From a virus (taxonomy: Duplodnaviria; Caudoviricetes), in the IMG/VR virus record IMGVR_UViG_3300028591_005215, positions 64,001 to 128,000 of that record: a stretch of 64,000 bases of DNA; one strand, 5' to 3'. This document shows, in pieces, positions 38,025 through 48,335 of this stretch. Both the position numbers and the translations under genes were made by a program. The notes below the pieces were generated by a model. That model was not told the origin of the DNA, searched no databases, and saw nothing but the letters and a program-made list of their open reading frames with translations. How positions within the stretch are numbered: position 1 is the stretch's first letter; each line of letters starts with the position of its first letter.

Positions 38025-38297
38025 ATGAAACAAATTTTTGACCCATTGGCATTTTATGAAACGATGCCATCAAACGTAAAAAGCGTTAATTATATTAATG
38101 GGGACTTTAATCCTGACCATAAGGGCGATTATAGGAAAGGTATTAGCAAAACTGCTATGGAAGTAACTGATGCACTTGCAGACGATAACTTACCATTTGT
38201 GGATATACATGATTTCGAAGCTAATCAAACATTTACTGAATCAGTTAAACCTGGTAAAAAGGATGAAATTACTGAAGAAGTTAATGATGGTGAATAA
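38025..38297 (+). CDS. Small hypothetical virion protein
   Basis: First gene after ATATTTAT at 37983. Confidence 0.65.
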   Translation: MKQIFDPLAFYETMPSNVKSVNYINGDFNPDHKGDYRKGISKTAMEVTDALADDNLPFVDIHDFEANQTFTESVKPGKKDEITEEVNDGE

Positions 38298-38329
38298 TAT
38301 AAGTTAAAAAGTTAATAAAATAATAAATA

Positions 38330-40054
38330 ATGAGTGATAAAACAAGACATTTAGAACCATATGGATATAATACAGACTATGCTTACGAAGCTCAAAAATG
38401 CTGCTGCAATGCAGATAATGGAAAAGATAAAGAACAAGACGCAAGACTTGGTAGAGTGGATGAAGAATTGGCTCAAGTTGCAGGTGTCATTAACGGATGT
38501 GTTGACGACATTACAGAATTGTCTGGAAAAGTTGAAACAATTGATAACGAAATCTTGTCAATTAACGAAAGAGACGATAACCAAGATGCAGAACTTTCAA
38601 AATTATCAAAAAAAGTAGATACATGCGTAAGCATTAGTTCAATGACTGAATTAGAAGAAGCAGTTGTTGCGGAACTAAGGGATGATTTTTACACAAAACA
38701 GCAAACAAATGAAATATTTGCAACAATTGAAATGGTTTCTGGGTTAAGCAATGATAAAGCTGATGCTACTGAAGTGGAAGAATTGAAAAATAAAGTGGAA
38801 CAATTGCATGAAACTACAGATTCTTTAACAGCAGTTAAAGCTGACAAAGAAACTGTTAATGCACAAATTGATACTATTAACCAAAACGTAGTACAAATTA
38901 CTGACACATTAAATCAAAATTTGGTTAACGTTACAAACAATTTAATTTCACAAATAAATGCTACAACATCTACTGCTGATGAAGCTAAAAGAATTGCTGA
39001 TACTGCATACATGAATGATAAATATACAAGGGAACTTGTGGATAAAAGCATCGAAGATGCTAAAGATTTGTCAGATGAAATTGCTTCCAATTCAGAATTC
39101 ATAAGCAACATTTCTGCTAAAGTTCAGGAAATTGATGCTACACTTGAAAATAAAGCTGATATTTCATATGTTGATGAAAAAAATGATGAAATTTCTAATT
39201 TATCTGAAGAAGTGTCAGAAATTTCAGTTAAAATAGACTCGTATGACGCATATGTTAAAAGCATAGCAAACGAAAAAGCAAACCTTTCAGACTTTAATGA
39301 ACTATCTAATGATGTTAAGAACTTAGAAAATGAAGTGGAATCTAAAGCTAATGCTTCTGATTTAAATGAAGTAAAAGAAAACGTTGAAAATAATAATGAA
39401 AAAATTGAAGCTTTAGAACAAACTAAACAAGATGCAGGTGATTATGTAAGCGTTTCAATGCTTAATGATTATTACACAAAAGATGAAGCTGTTTCAAAGG
39501 ATGATTTGTCAGCAGAAATGATTAAAAAACAACCACTTGGTAATTATGTGAGTGCTGCGACACTTGATAATTATTATACCAAGGCTGAAACAACGCCTGT
39601 AAGTGAATTTAATGATTTCAAAACTGAAATAGAAGCTGAAGTTAATAGTAAAGCTGATAAAGAAGCATTATCTACCACGGCAAATAAGGCTAATACAGCT
39701 TCAGAAAAAGCACTTGAAGCGTTGAGTGAAACTGAAAACTTGACTAACAAAATTGAACTTGTTAATAGTGAGCTAAATGTGCTAAATAGTGATATTGAAG
39801 GTCTTGATAATTCTATTTCTAATAACACAACTTTAATATCAAAAATTGCTGATATTAACAACTTATCATCATATGTCGAAGGTGGTAAATATGTTAATAA
39901 TGGTAATGGTGTACTTGATGTTTTGCATAAAAAATTCCATTTGTTAATTAATGGCTTAGATGAAAGTGATTCAGGACTGTTAGGTGTTATATATCAAATG
40001 CAATCTGAAATTAATAACTTGAAAGAAAGAATAACAAATTTAGAAAATAATTAA
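38330..40054 (+). CDS. Coiled-coil fibre-like structural protein
   Basis: Heptad-rich; KAD and YYTK fibre repeats. Confidence 0.65.
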   Translation: MSDKTRHLEPYGYNTDYAYEAQKCCCNADNGKDKEQDARLGRVDEELAQVAGVINGCVDDITELSGKVETIDNEILSINERDDNQDAELSKLSKKVDTCVSISSMTELEEAVVAELRDDFYTKQQTNEIFATIEMVSGLSNDKADATEVEELKNKVEQLHETTDSLTAVKADKETVNAQIDTINQNVVQITDTLNQNLVNVTNNLISQINATTSTADEAKRIADTAYMNDKYTRELVDKSIEDAKDLSDEIASNSEFISNISAKVQEIDATLENKADISYVDEKNDEISNLSEEVSEISVKIDSYDAYVKSIANEKANLSDFNELSNDVKNLENEVESKANASDLNEVKENVENNNEKIEALEQTKQDAGDYVSVSMLNDYYTKDEAVSKDDLSAEMIKKQPLGNYVSAATLDNYYTKAETTPVSEFNDFKTEIEAEVNSKADKEALSTTANKANTASEKALEALSETENLTNKIELVNSELNVLNSDIEGLDNSISNNTTLISKIADINNLSSYVEGGKYVNNGNGVLDVLHKKFHLLINGLDESDSGLLGVIYQMQSEINNLKERITNLENN

Positions 40055-40056
40055 AA

Positions 40057-41157
40057 ATGGGTATAAGAATTAAATATCCAGACCCTTATGGATATGAAGA
40101 GCAACCTAAGTTTGATGGTCTTTCAACTGACCTGTCTAAAATTAAGGGTAAAAATGATGAACAGGATAAAGTCAATATCAAACAAGATGCTGAAATTGCT
40201 AATCTTGACGAAACTAACAAAAAGCAAGACGTAGAAATCGAAAATAAGAAAATTACTGTAGAACAAGAAGGTAATCTATTCATATTCTATCAAGGTGGCG
40301 AAAAAATAGCATCTATTTATCAGGAAGAAGGCTCAGGCTCAACTGTTGTTGGTGGTGAGCTTTCTGATGGTGGTAATACATTGACCATCATAAAAGATAG
40401 TGGTAGTAACGTTAATATTGACATATCTCAACTTATTAATGAAGTTGAATTAAATGCTGTTGTTAATGCTATTAATACCAATATTGTTGGTGTCACAAAT
40501 AATCTTCATCAAGAAATTACTGACACCAATACTACATTAAACGCAGTTAAAGATACTGCTGATGAAGCTAAAAGAATCGCTGATACTGCTTATTTGAATG
40601 ACAAGTATACAAGGGAACTTGTTGACAAGAATACGGCAGATATTGCTAAAATTGATGAAGATATTGAAGCTAAAATAGGGGATGCAGTTGAAGACTTGAC
40701 TGATGCAATTTCTGCTGGTGACAAGGCTAATGAAGACGCCATTAATGAAGTTAAAGAAGACTTACAGAATAATTACATGAATTCTGAAGCCACCACTAAT
40801 TTCATAAGTGGTACTGTTGACACTATGATTGCATCTAAAGGTTACATTAGTAATGAATCGTTCAATAATGAAATCAAGCCTTCATTAGATGAAGAATACG
40901 CAAGTAAAGAAGAATTGCATCAAGAAGTTGCTGAAGGCATTGCTAAAGTAGTTGCAGATGCCCCTGAAGACTTAGACACATTAAAAGAAGTTGCTGACTA
41001 CATAGCTTCTGATAAAACAAAAGCATCTGAAATTGAAGTCAAAATAGCTAAAAATGCTGAAGACATTGAAAATCTTTCTACAAAAGTAACTGAAGAGTAT
41101 GCAGAAAAAAAATCAGTAGAAGAATTAATTAGCATGCTTCAATCAGATATTTATTAA
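40057..41157 (+). CDS. Fibre-like structural protein (paralogue of 38330)
   Basis: PYGY N-terminus; shared ADEAKRIADTAY.NDKYTRELVDK; APEDLDTLKEVADYI fibre motif. Confidence 0.65.
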   Translation: MGIRIKYPDPYGYEEQPKFDGLSTDLSKIKGKNDEQDKVNIKQDAEIANLDETNKKQDVEIENKKITVEQEGNLFIFYQGGEKIASIYQEEGSGSTVVGGELSDGGNTLTIIKDSGSNVNIDISQLINEVELNAVVNAINTNIVGVTNNLHQEITDTNTTLNAVKDTADEAKRIADTAYLNDKYTRELVDKNTADIAKIDEDIEAKIGDAVEDLTDAISAGDKANEDAINEVKEDLQNNYMNSEATTNFISGTVDTMIASKGYISNESFNNEIKPSLDEEYASKEELHQEVAEGIAKVVADAPEDLDTLKEVADYIASDKTKASEIEVKIAKNAEDIENLSTKVTEEYAEKKSVEELISMLQSDIY

Positions 41158-41193
41158 TAACTAACATTTTTAAATTTTAAAAAATTAATCATT

Positions 41194-42558
41194 ATGAACG
41201 AAAAATTACATTTACATTTATACCGTAACGGTAAGATGTACGCAAGTTATGAAGAAGCAATTGCTTCTTATGATAATGCAGATGTAACTAATGAAAACTT
41301 GGATGGTACTCCAAGACTTGCTAGATATGTCAAAAATGGCAAAGTAAAAACCATCTTTGGTGTGTATGCTAACGGGGCTGATGGTGCTAATGGGCATTGG
41401 ACTATTTTCGATACTGAAGCTGATATGGCTAATGTATCAGAAATTAAGAATTCGCTTGATGAAAACACTAAAAACGATGAAGAATACAGAAAATCCAATG
41501 ATTCTACCATTAATGCCTTAGATGTTGAAAAGGCAGATAAAAGGGATATGGTATGGGCTAAGGAAGAAAATGGTATTGTAGCAAGAAACACTAAAAACCA
41601 AAAAATAGCTGAATTGGGTGATGATGGCTCATTAAAACTATATGTTGAAGGTGAACTGCTTTCAATTAATGATTTACTTGGCCAATTAGCTCATGAAAGC
41701 TATAATGATGAAACTCACCAAAGTGCAGTAGTTAATCCTACTGAGCCTGGAGCACTTGTAGCTGACGAGGTTATCGTAAGCGGTACATTGGATGGTGCTG
41801 CGGTTAATGACAAAGTTGCTGTATCAGCTCAAAAGGATGCTATTGTTAACTTAGCTTACATTGAATCGAAACAATTGAGCGTTAAAGCTGAAGAAAACGT
41901 TACAGTTAACGACCTTTCAAGTGAAGGTGCTTTAGCAAAATCTATTTCAAATGCGGGTTTTATTGTTTCATCTAAAGGTGATGTTGTAATCAATGGTGGT
42001 ACAATTGGCATGGATGGTTATAACGCCTTAGAAATTGGTCTTGCAAATGGATATGAGCCAAAAAATGTTACTATCCAAAACCTAAACGTTGACAACACTT
42101 TAACTAATAACGCTATTTTGGTATTCGGTGTTCAGGAAGGTGGTATGATTACTTTGAAAAATTGCCATTTCAAAAAGGTTTCTAACGTTTTAAGATTTTC
42201 TAATAAACTTGGTGTAGGTAATGTAACTATTAACGTTGAAGACTGTACAGTAGACGAATGGGATGCTAATAAATCTTGGAGGGGCTTCTTAATCCTTGAA
42301 GATTATACATCAAAAACTAAAGAAGAATGCGATACTGCTAACCGTTTCAGTAGTGATAAAGTTACAGTACACTTCAAGAATTTAGTACATGCAGGTAAAA
42401 AGCTTGTTATGACTAAAGACGAAGCTTGCGATTACGAAAACAGTGAAAGAGTTGTTTATAAGTGTGTAGACTATGTTTCTGAATATGGAAGTGGCGCTAA
42501 CACTGACTTATATAACGAAGAAACTAAAGACACATATCCAACAATTACATTTGAATAA
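41194..42558 (+). CDS. Fibre/spike protein with possible beta-helix C-terminus
   Basis: N-terminal module shared with 42773; V/I/N-rich repeats (NVTIQNLNV, ITLKNCHF). Confidence 0.6.
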   Translation: MNEKLHLHLYRNGKMYASYEEAIASYDNADVTNENLDGTPRLARYVKNGKVKTIFGVYANGADGANGHWTIFDTEADMANVSEIKNSLDENTKNDEEYRKSNDSTINALDVEKADKRDMVWAKEENGIVARNTKNQKIAELGDDGSLKLYVEGELLSINDLLGQLAHESYNDETHQSAVVNPTEPGALVADEVIVSGTLDGAAVNDKVAVSAQKDAIVNLAYIESKQLSVKAEENVTVNDLSSEGALAKSISNAGFIVSSKGDVVINGGTIGMDGYNALEIGLANGYEPKNVTIQNLNVDNTLTNNAILVFGVQEGGMITLKNCHFKKVSNVLRFSNKLGVGNVTINVEDCTVDEWDANKSWRGFLILEDYTSKTKEECDTANRFSSDKVTVHFKNLVHAGKKLVMTKDEACDYENSERVVYKCVDYVSEYGSGANTDLYNEETKDTYPTITFE

Positions 42559-42581
42559 TAAATCTAAGAAATAAGTTAGAT

Positions 42582-42746
42582 ATGGCAAGTCAAATTGCTG
42601 ATATACCTTTTGAGGTAGAAAGCAAACAAGAAAAAAATAATATGAGTGTCAAAGAAAAAAGAGTATTTGACACTCATACAAAAAAAGAACCAATAAAAAA
42701 GGAAAAAAACAATATTTTTGGGTTCTTTAAAAAAATTTTAAAATAG
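42582..42746 (+). CDS. Possible 54 aa protein (not in the ORF track)
   Basis: MASQIADIPFEVESK...FGFFKKILK fills the gap between fibre genes. Confidence 0.4.
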   Translation: MASQIADIPFEVESKQEKNNMSVKEKRVFDTHTKKEPIKKEKNNIFGFFKKILK

Positions 42747-42772
42747 CAATTAAAACTTAATTTTTTAAACAA

Positions 42773-44968
42773 ATGGCTGTAAATAATCATATACAATTAT
42801 TTAGAAATCAAACTTTATTTGCATCAAGAGAAGATGCTATTATTGCATTAAATAATGCTAATAAATCCGTTGATGCAATGCAAGTTCAAGATGGTAACCC
42901 TGTTCTTGCTCGTTACACTGACACTGACAAGAGTGTTAAATCTTTGCTTGCTTTGTTCCATGTTGCAAATGATAAGACAACTTACACATTGGTAACTGAT
43001 GGCGCTGCTGTTGAAGCTGCTATTAGTGCATTGGAGACAAATGTTAATAACACTTTTGGCACTGGTGTTACTTCTGCAAATACAGCAACTGCTCAGTTTG
43101 CAGCTTTGAAGGGAACAACTGCTGACACAAAGGTTGCTGAATCTGTAGCTGGTGCTAAGAAATATACTGATGATGCAGTTAACACTTTGAAGAGTGGTGC
43201 TACTAAAGGCTATGATACTCTTAAGGGACTTGAAGATAAGATTAAAGGTGTTGAATCAGCAAATGCTGCTACAATTGGAGCACTTGATTTAGATACTGTT
43301 AGCGCAGAAGGAAGTGTGATAACTTCTGTTTCACAGACAGACGGTAAAGTTTCTGCTAGTGGTACGCCAATTGTTGACGTTAAATTGACAGGCTTTGCAA
43401 AAGACAGTGCTTCTGGTGATATTGCTGCTACAGATAGTGTTAAAGACGCCTTCTCTAAATTGGAGAATCGTATTATTAGCTCCACAAATAAAAACTCTTT
43501 GAGTGCTGGTAACAAATCAATTGTTGTTACATCTAGTGAAAATGGTAACACAGTGGCTGTTAAAATTAAGAGTGGTGAAAAAGTTCTTGCTCTTAATAAT
43601 GACACAACTGAAGAAAATGGTGGTATTTACACTGACATCAAACTCGTTAAAATTACAAGTGGTCTTGGTGCTAATGTAAAAGAAGCCTATCAATTGCAAG
43701 GTATTGGTGGTACACAACTTGGTAATACACAAATCGAAATTCCTAAAGATTATTCTTTGAAAGAAGCTTATCTTGGTTCTTCTGGAGATACCGTAAATTC
43801 AGAAACAGGTGATATTACAAAGGTGCCTGCTCAAGATGCGCAATCATTGAACTTTGTTTATCATCTTGAAAATGGTACGTATTCAATGGCTAAGGTGGAT
43901 GTTTCTAAATTCTTAACCCAAAGCGAATTTGCAAGTGGTGTTACTGCTGACAAGACAAGTGGTATTGTTCATGGTGTTGTTGATAGTACCTCTGAAGAAT
44001 TCTTGACTGTTGGTGAAAATGGTTTTAAACTTGATGGTGTACAAACTGCAATTAACTCAGCAAAAGCTGAAGCTAAGACTGCTGTTAGTAAAAAAACTAG
44101 TGGTCACGTAACTGTTACTGTAGTTTCAGATGCTACTGATGGTCATGCTGTAGTAACTGTAGCTGAAAATGACATCGCAAGTGCTGCTGACCTTGCAAAT
44201 GAGATTACCCACCGTAAAGCTGTTGATGGTATTGATGGTGATACTTATGTAGTTAATCAAAATACTAATTATATTAGCACTGCTACATCTTTGAACGATG
44301 CTGACATTAAGTTGGACGCTCAAGCTAAGGCTAATGCTGATGCTATTGCTATTTTGAATGGTAATGCTACTACTAACGGTTCAGTTGCTAAAGCCGTTGC
44401 TGATGCAAAAGACCTAATTAATGCTTATACTGTAAATAACAAAGCAATTAGTGGAAATCCTGTACTTGATGGTTCTGATATCACATTGACTGGTTATGAA
44501 GCAGCTACAGAAGCTTCTGCCCCTACTTCTGCTGATACAGTTAATGCAGCAATAGCTAAATTGTATAAGGCTATCAGCGATGCAACTGGTGGAGCAAGTT
44601 CAAGTATTTCTGATGAAATTGCACGTGCTGAATCTGCTGAAACATCAATTGATACAGCTGTAGGCTTAACCAAGGCTGTTGATGGTGAAAGTAGAACTTA
44701 CACTAACACAGGTACTTATATCGGAACTGGACAGACTAACACAATCACGTCTGATATCAAGGCTCTTGATACTCAGGTTAAGGCAAACGCTGACGCAATT
44801 GATTCTGCTAATACAAAGAATACATTATCATCTGCTAATAACGCTCTTGATATTAATGCACAGTCGAGTGGTACAACTTTGACTATCAAAGTTGACACGC
44901 AAACTGGTCTTGCAATTGATAGCGCAAAAGGTATTCAGATTTCAGGTATTGATGGCGGGACATACTAA
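42773..44968 (+). CDS. Tail fibre-like protein
   Basis: A/T/S-rich; DTLKGLED, GSVAKAVADA, EIARAESAE fibre motifs; ends IDGGTY. Confidence 0.7.
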   Translation: MAVNNHIQLFRNQTLFASREDAIIALNNANKSVDAMQVQDGNPVLARYTDTDKSVKSLLALFHVANDKTTYTLVTDGAAVEAAISALETNVNNTFGTGVTSANTATAQFAALKGTTADTKVAESVAGAKKYTDDAVNTLKSGATKGYDTLKGLEDKIKGVESANAATIGALDLDTVSAEGSVITSVSQTDGKVSASGTPIVDVKLTGFAKDSASGDIAATDSVKDAFSKLENRIISSTNKNSLSAGNKSIVVTSSENGNTVAVKIKSGEKVLALNNDTTEENGGIYTDIKLVKITSGLGANVKEAYQLQGIGGTQLGNTQIEIPKDYSLKEAYLGSSGDTVNSETGDITKVPAQDAQSLNFVYHLENGTYSMAKVDVSKFLTQSEFASGVTADKTSGIVHGVVDSTSEEFLTVGENGFKLDGVQTAINSAKAEAKTAVSKKTSGHVTVTVVSDATDGHAVVTVAENDIASAADLANEITHRKAVDGIDGDTYVVNQNTNYISTATSLNDADIKLDAQAKANADAIAILNGNATTNGSVAKAVADAKDLINAYTVNNKAISGNPVLDGSDITLTGYEAATEASAPTSADTVNAAIAKLYKAISDATGGASSSISDEIARAESAETSIDTAVGLTKAVDGESRTYTNTGTYIGTGQTNTITSDIKALDTQVKANADAIDSANTKNTLSSANNALDINAQSSGTTLTIKVDTQTGLAIDSAKGIQISGIDGGTY

Positions 44969-45091
44969 TATTTAGTATAAAATAATAATTAATGGGTGGT
45001 AATAATTTACCGCCCATTTTTTTGTATTTTAGAAAATATTTATATTGGTAAGAACACAAGTAAATAAAATTAATGACAAATATTTATATAT

Positions 45092-47455
45092 ATGGCTTTA
45101 AAAATTAAACATATTAAGAGTAACCAGTTAATTGAACATGGTACTGACGAAAATAAGTATTATACACCTAAATTGCCATCCGTTAAAGACAGTAAAGGTG
45201 AAGTACTTGATAACCCACAGATTGAATACGGTGAGCTTGCTATTAACTATGCTAAAGGCTATGAAACCATTTCGTTGAGAAATGATAATAACGATGTCGT
45301 TACTTTTTCAACAACTGATAAAATGGTTGAATATGTTGGTGCGGTGTCACCTTTTGTGTATAACGAAAAAATAAAAAGTCTTGCAGTAAAGGGAAGTGGT
45401 TCAGTTGCTTCTGGTAATTTATCCTTTGCAGAAGGTTATCATACAACAGCGTCAGGAACATATTCTCATGCAGAAGGTAGTCTAACAAATGCTATCAGCA
45501 GCTATTCGCATGCTGAAGGTGAAGAAACCAGTGCCACAAGTAATGCATCTCATGCTGAAGGCAATAGTACATTAGCAAGTGGTAACGATTCACATGCTGA
45601 AGGTAATCAAACAACTGCAAGTGGTGCTTTTGGCTCTCACTCAGAAGGTCAAAACACAGTCGCTGGAGGCCAAAGTTCCCATGCAGAAGGTTCAAGTACA
45701 ACTGCAAGTGGCGAATATTCTCATGCTGAAGGTAATCAAACAACTGCAAGTGGTAAATATTCTCATGCAGAAGGTTCAAGTACAACTGCAAGTTATGATA
45801 ATTCCCATGCTGAAGGTAATCAAACAACTGCAAGTGGTATTACTTCTCACGCTGAAGGCCAAAGCACAGTCGCTGGAGGTCAAGGTTCCCATTCTGAAGG
45901 TATTGCAACTAATGCAACGAGTAATGCATCTCATGCTGAAGGCAATAGCACATTAGCAAGTGGTAACGATTCCCATGCTGAAGGTAATCAAACAACTGCA
46001 AGTGGTATTGCTTCTCACGCTGAAGGCCAAAGTACATTAGCAAGTGGTAACGATTCACATGCTGAAGGTATTGCAACTAATGCAACAAGTGCTGCATCTC
46101 ACTCTGAAGGTTTTATGGTAATAGCTAGCAATTTATATTCACATGCAGAAGGTGAACGAACAGTTGCTAGCGGCCAAGGTTCTCACGCTGAAGGTGGTTA
46201 TATACCTGCTGAAGTCGGCTTATCAGCTTCATATACAACTGCAAGTGGTAAATATTCTCATGCTGAAGGTGCTGGAACATTAGCAAGTGGTAATAATTCC
46301 CATGCTGAAGGTCAAAATACAACTGCAAGTGGGCAATCTTCTCATGCAGAAGGTTTTGAAACTATTGCAGTAGGTGATTATTCACATACTTCAGGTTCTT
46401 ACACTGAAGCATTAAATGATAATGAAACTGCTATTGGCGTTTTTAATTCATCTAGTCATGCAAGTAATACTTTTGGAGATAGTGGAAATACTATATTTAC
46501 AGTAGGTATTGGAAATTATGATTTGCCTAATCATGTTAGAAAGAATGCTTTTGAAATTAGGCAAAATGGTGACATTTATGCTCTTCAGAATTTGACAGAA
46601 GACAAGAATAGAATAGTTAAGAATACTGATACCTTAGCTGATGCATTTGAAGCTGTTGTAGATAAATTAAATGACCTTAGCGAAGGTGCTGAAGAAGGCG
46701 ATGCAAGTAAGTTGTCTAAAACTGAATTGTTAACAGTCTGGGATGCTGATTCTAATGCTTCTGGCACCACATTTGATGCAAAGACAATTGCAAAGGTTAT
46801 TACCGATAATGAACAGACAACGGCAGCAGCATATAATGCAAAGGTTGGTTTTGCCGAATATAATTCAACTGATAAAAAGATTTATTTCTATAAGGACAGC
46901 ACTAATAAGACTACTGCTTTAGCTGAAATTGACACATCTGACTTTATCAAGGATGGCATGGTATCAAATGTTGAGATTAATAATGGCAATTTGGTGATAA
47001 CTTTTAATACTGATAGTAATAAAGAAGATATTTCTTTACCATTGACAAGCATATTCAATCCATCTAATTATTATACAAAAAATGATGTTGATACTGCTTT
47101 GAGTGGTAAAGCTGACGCATCTACTGTAACTAGTCATACAAGTAATAGTGATATTCACATTACTGCTAGTGAAAGAACTGCTTGGAATGCGAAACTTGAC
47201 GCATCAGCATACACTCCAACTGATTTGAGTAATTATTACACTAAATCAGAAACAAGCGGTGCTACTGAAATTAGTACAGCCTTGAGTAGTAAACAAGGTA
47301 ATTTAACAAGTGGTAATGGAATATCTATTAGTGAAAATAATGAAATTAGCGTTAAAGTTAAAGATGATGTAGCTAATGCATTCACAAATCTTTTGAGGAT
47401 TGATGATAATGGGTATCTGTATGTTAACGAAACTTTGGATGCTGGTGATTATTAA
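45092..47455 (+). CDS. Fibre/adhesin with YadA-like (Hep/Hag) head repeats
   Basis: GELAINY N-module; about 23 14-aa SHAEG repeats; FTVGIG..RKNAFEI; ends LDAGDY. Confidence 0.8.
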   Translation: MALKIKHIKSNQLIEHGTDENKYYTPKLPSVKDSKGEVLDNPQIEYGELAINYAKGYETISLRNDNNDVVTFSTTDKMVEYVGAVSPFVYNEKIKSLAVKGSGSVASGNLSFAEGYHTTASGTYSHAEGSLTNAISSYSHAEGEETSATSNASHAEGNSTLASGNDSHAEGNQTTASGAFGSHSEGQNTVAGGQSSHAEGSSTTASGEYSHAEGNQTTASGKYSHAEGSSTTASYDNSHAEGNQTTASGITSHAEGQSTVAGGQGSHSEGIATNATSNASHAEGNSTLASGNDSHAEGNQTTASGIASHAEGQSTLASGNDSHAEGIATNATSAASHSEGFMVIASNLYSHAEGERTVASGQGSHAEGGYIPAEVGLSASYTTASGKYSHAEGAGTLASGNNSHAEGQNTTASGQSSHAEGFETIAVGDYSHTSGSYTEALNDNETAIGVFNSSSHASNTFGDSGNTIFTVGIGNYDLPNHVRKNAFEIRQNGDIYALQNLTEDKNRIVKNTDTLADAFEAVVDKLNDLSEGAEEGDASKLSKTELLTVWDADSNASGTTFDAKTIAKVITDNEQTTAAAYNAKVGFAEYNSTDKKIYFYKDSTNKTTALAEIDTSDFIKDGMVSNVEINNGNLVITFNTDSNKEDISLPLTSIFNPSNYYTKNDVDTALSGKADASTVTSHTSNSDIHITASERTAWNAKLDASAYTPTDLSNYYTKSETSGATEISTALSSKQGNLTSGNGISISENNEISVKVKDDVANAFTNLLRIDDNGYLYVNETLDAGDY
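45400..46395 (+). repeat. 42-nt tandem repeat array encoding xxT.ASG..SHAEG
   Basis: Recurrent CATGCTGAAGG and ACAACTGCAAGTGGT units. Confidence 0.9.
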
Positions 47456-47478
47456 TTGATGAGTTATAATAAAAAAAA

Positions 47479-47517
47479 TAAAAAGGATAGATTTTTTTAT
47501 AATCTATCCTTTTTTAT
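47479..47517 (+). terminator. Intrinsic terminator
   Basis: AAAAAGGATAGAT...ATCTATCCTTTTTT. Confidence 0.75.
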
Positions 47518-47650
47518 TGCCATTTATCAAACTATTTATAGTATGACACTTGTTTAATAGTAATTTTCATACTTTTTAGGCACTATTGTCTTTACACCTT
47601 ATGAAATCGCTATTTCAGTGGAAATAACTAATAGACAAAATTAAAACAAA

Positions 47651-48229
47651 ATGGCAAAAAACATTCAACACATTTTGCATAAAAAAAGTAATGATGCAAA
47701 TGCAAATGGTTCACCTAAATTACCTACTGCTGACGTCCTAAGCAATGGTGAAATAGCAATCAATTACAAAAAGGGGATTGAAACAATTTCTATTAAAAAT
47801 GACAACAACGAAATTGTAACATTCTCAAGTGATAATAAAATTAATGACTTAATTAATTCTCAATTAATTCATTCGTATGATAGTGCTTCGACAGCTACCA
47901 ATGCAACTTATGATGCCAAGACAATTACAGATACAATAAATGAAAATGAAAGGATTGTAGCTGCTGCTTATAATTCAATTTCAGGCTCAGTAAGTTCTCA
48001 TGCAAGTAATAGTGATATTCATATTACTGCTAGTGAAAGAACTGCTTGGAATAATAAAGTTGACACGGCAGATTTGAATACTAATAACTTGATTGTGAGT
48101 GGCATGACCGCTAATGTGCCTTTTGCAAATGGTAATACATTATCTTTTGCCCTTACAAAGATACTTGAAGAGATAACCAATCTAAGTAATAGGATTGCTG
48201 CGTTGGAAAACAACTCGAATAATGAATAA
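47651..48229 (+). CDS. Short paralogue of the 45092 fibre lacking the repeat head
   Basis: GEIAINYKKGIETISIKND N-module; shared SNSDIHITASERTAWN. Confidence 0.7.
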   Translation: MAKNIQHILHKKSNDANANGSPKLPTADVLSNGEIAINYKKGIETISIKNDNNEIVTFSSDNKINDLINSQLIHSYDSASTATNATYDAKTITDTINENERIVAAAYNSISGSVSSHASNSDIHITASERTAWNNKVDTADLNTNNLIVSGMTANVPFANGNTLSFALTKILEEITNLSNRIAALENNSNNE

Positions 48230-48285
48230 AACAGATTGGTGGATTGGTTAATAAACTGTTTCCAATAATTATATGATAGTGAAAA

Positions 48286-48326
48286 TAATAAAAGGTAGAT
48301 AAGTTAACTTATCTACCTTTTATTTT
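48286..48326. terminator. Bidirectional intrinsic terminator
   Basis: ATAAAAGGTAGATAAGTT/AACTTATCTACCTTTTAT. Confidence 0.8.
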
Positions 48327-48335
48327 ATAATAGTA

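Noticed and set aside
45400-46395. CRISPR array or diversity-generating retroelement repeat
   Set aside because: Repeats are in-frame 42-nt coding units without unique spacers; no cas or reverse transcriptase gene; the duplicated patches do not show adenine-specific variation
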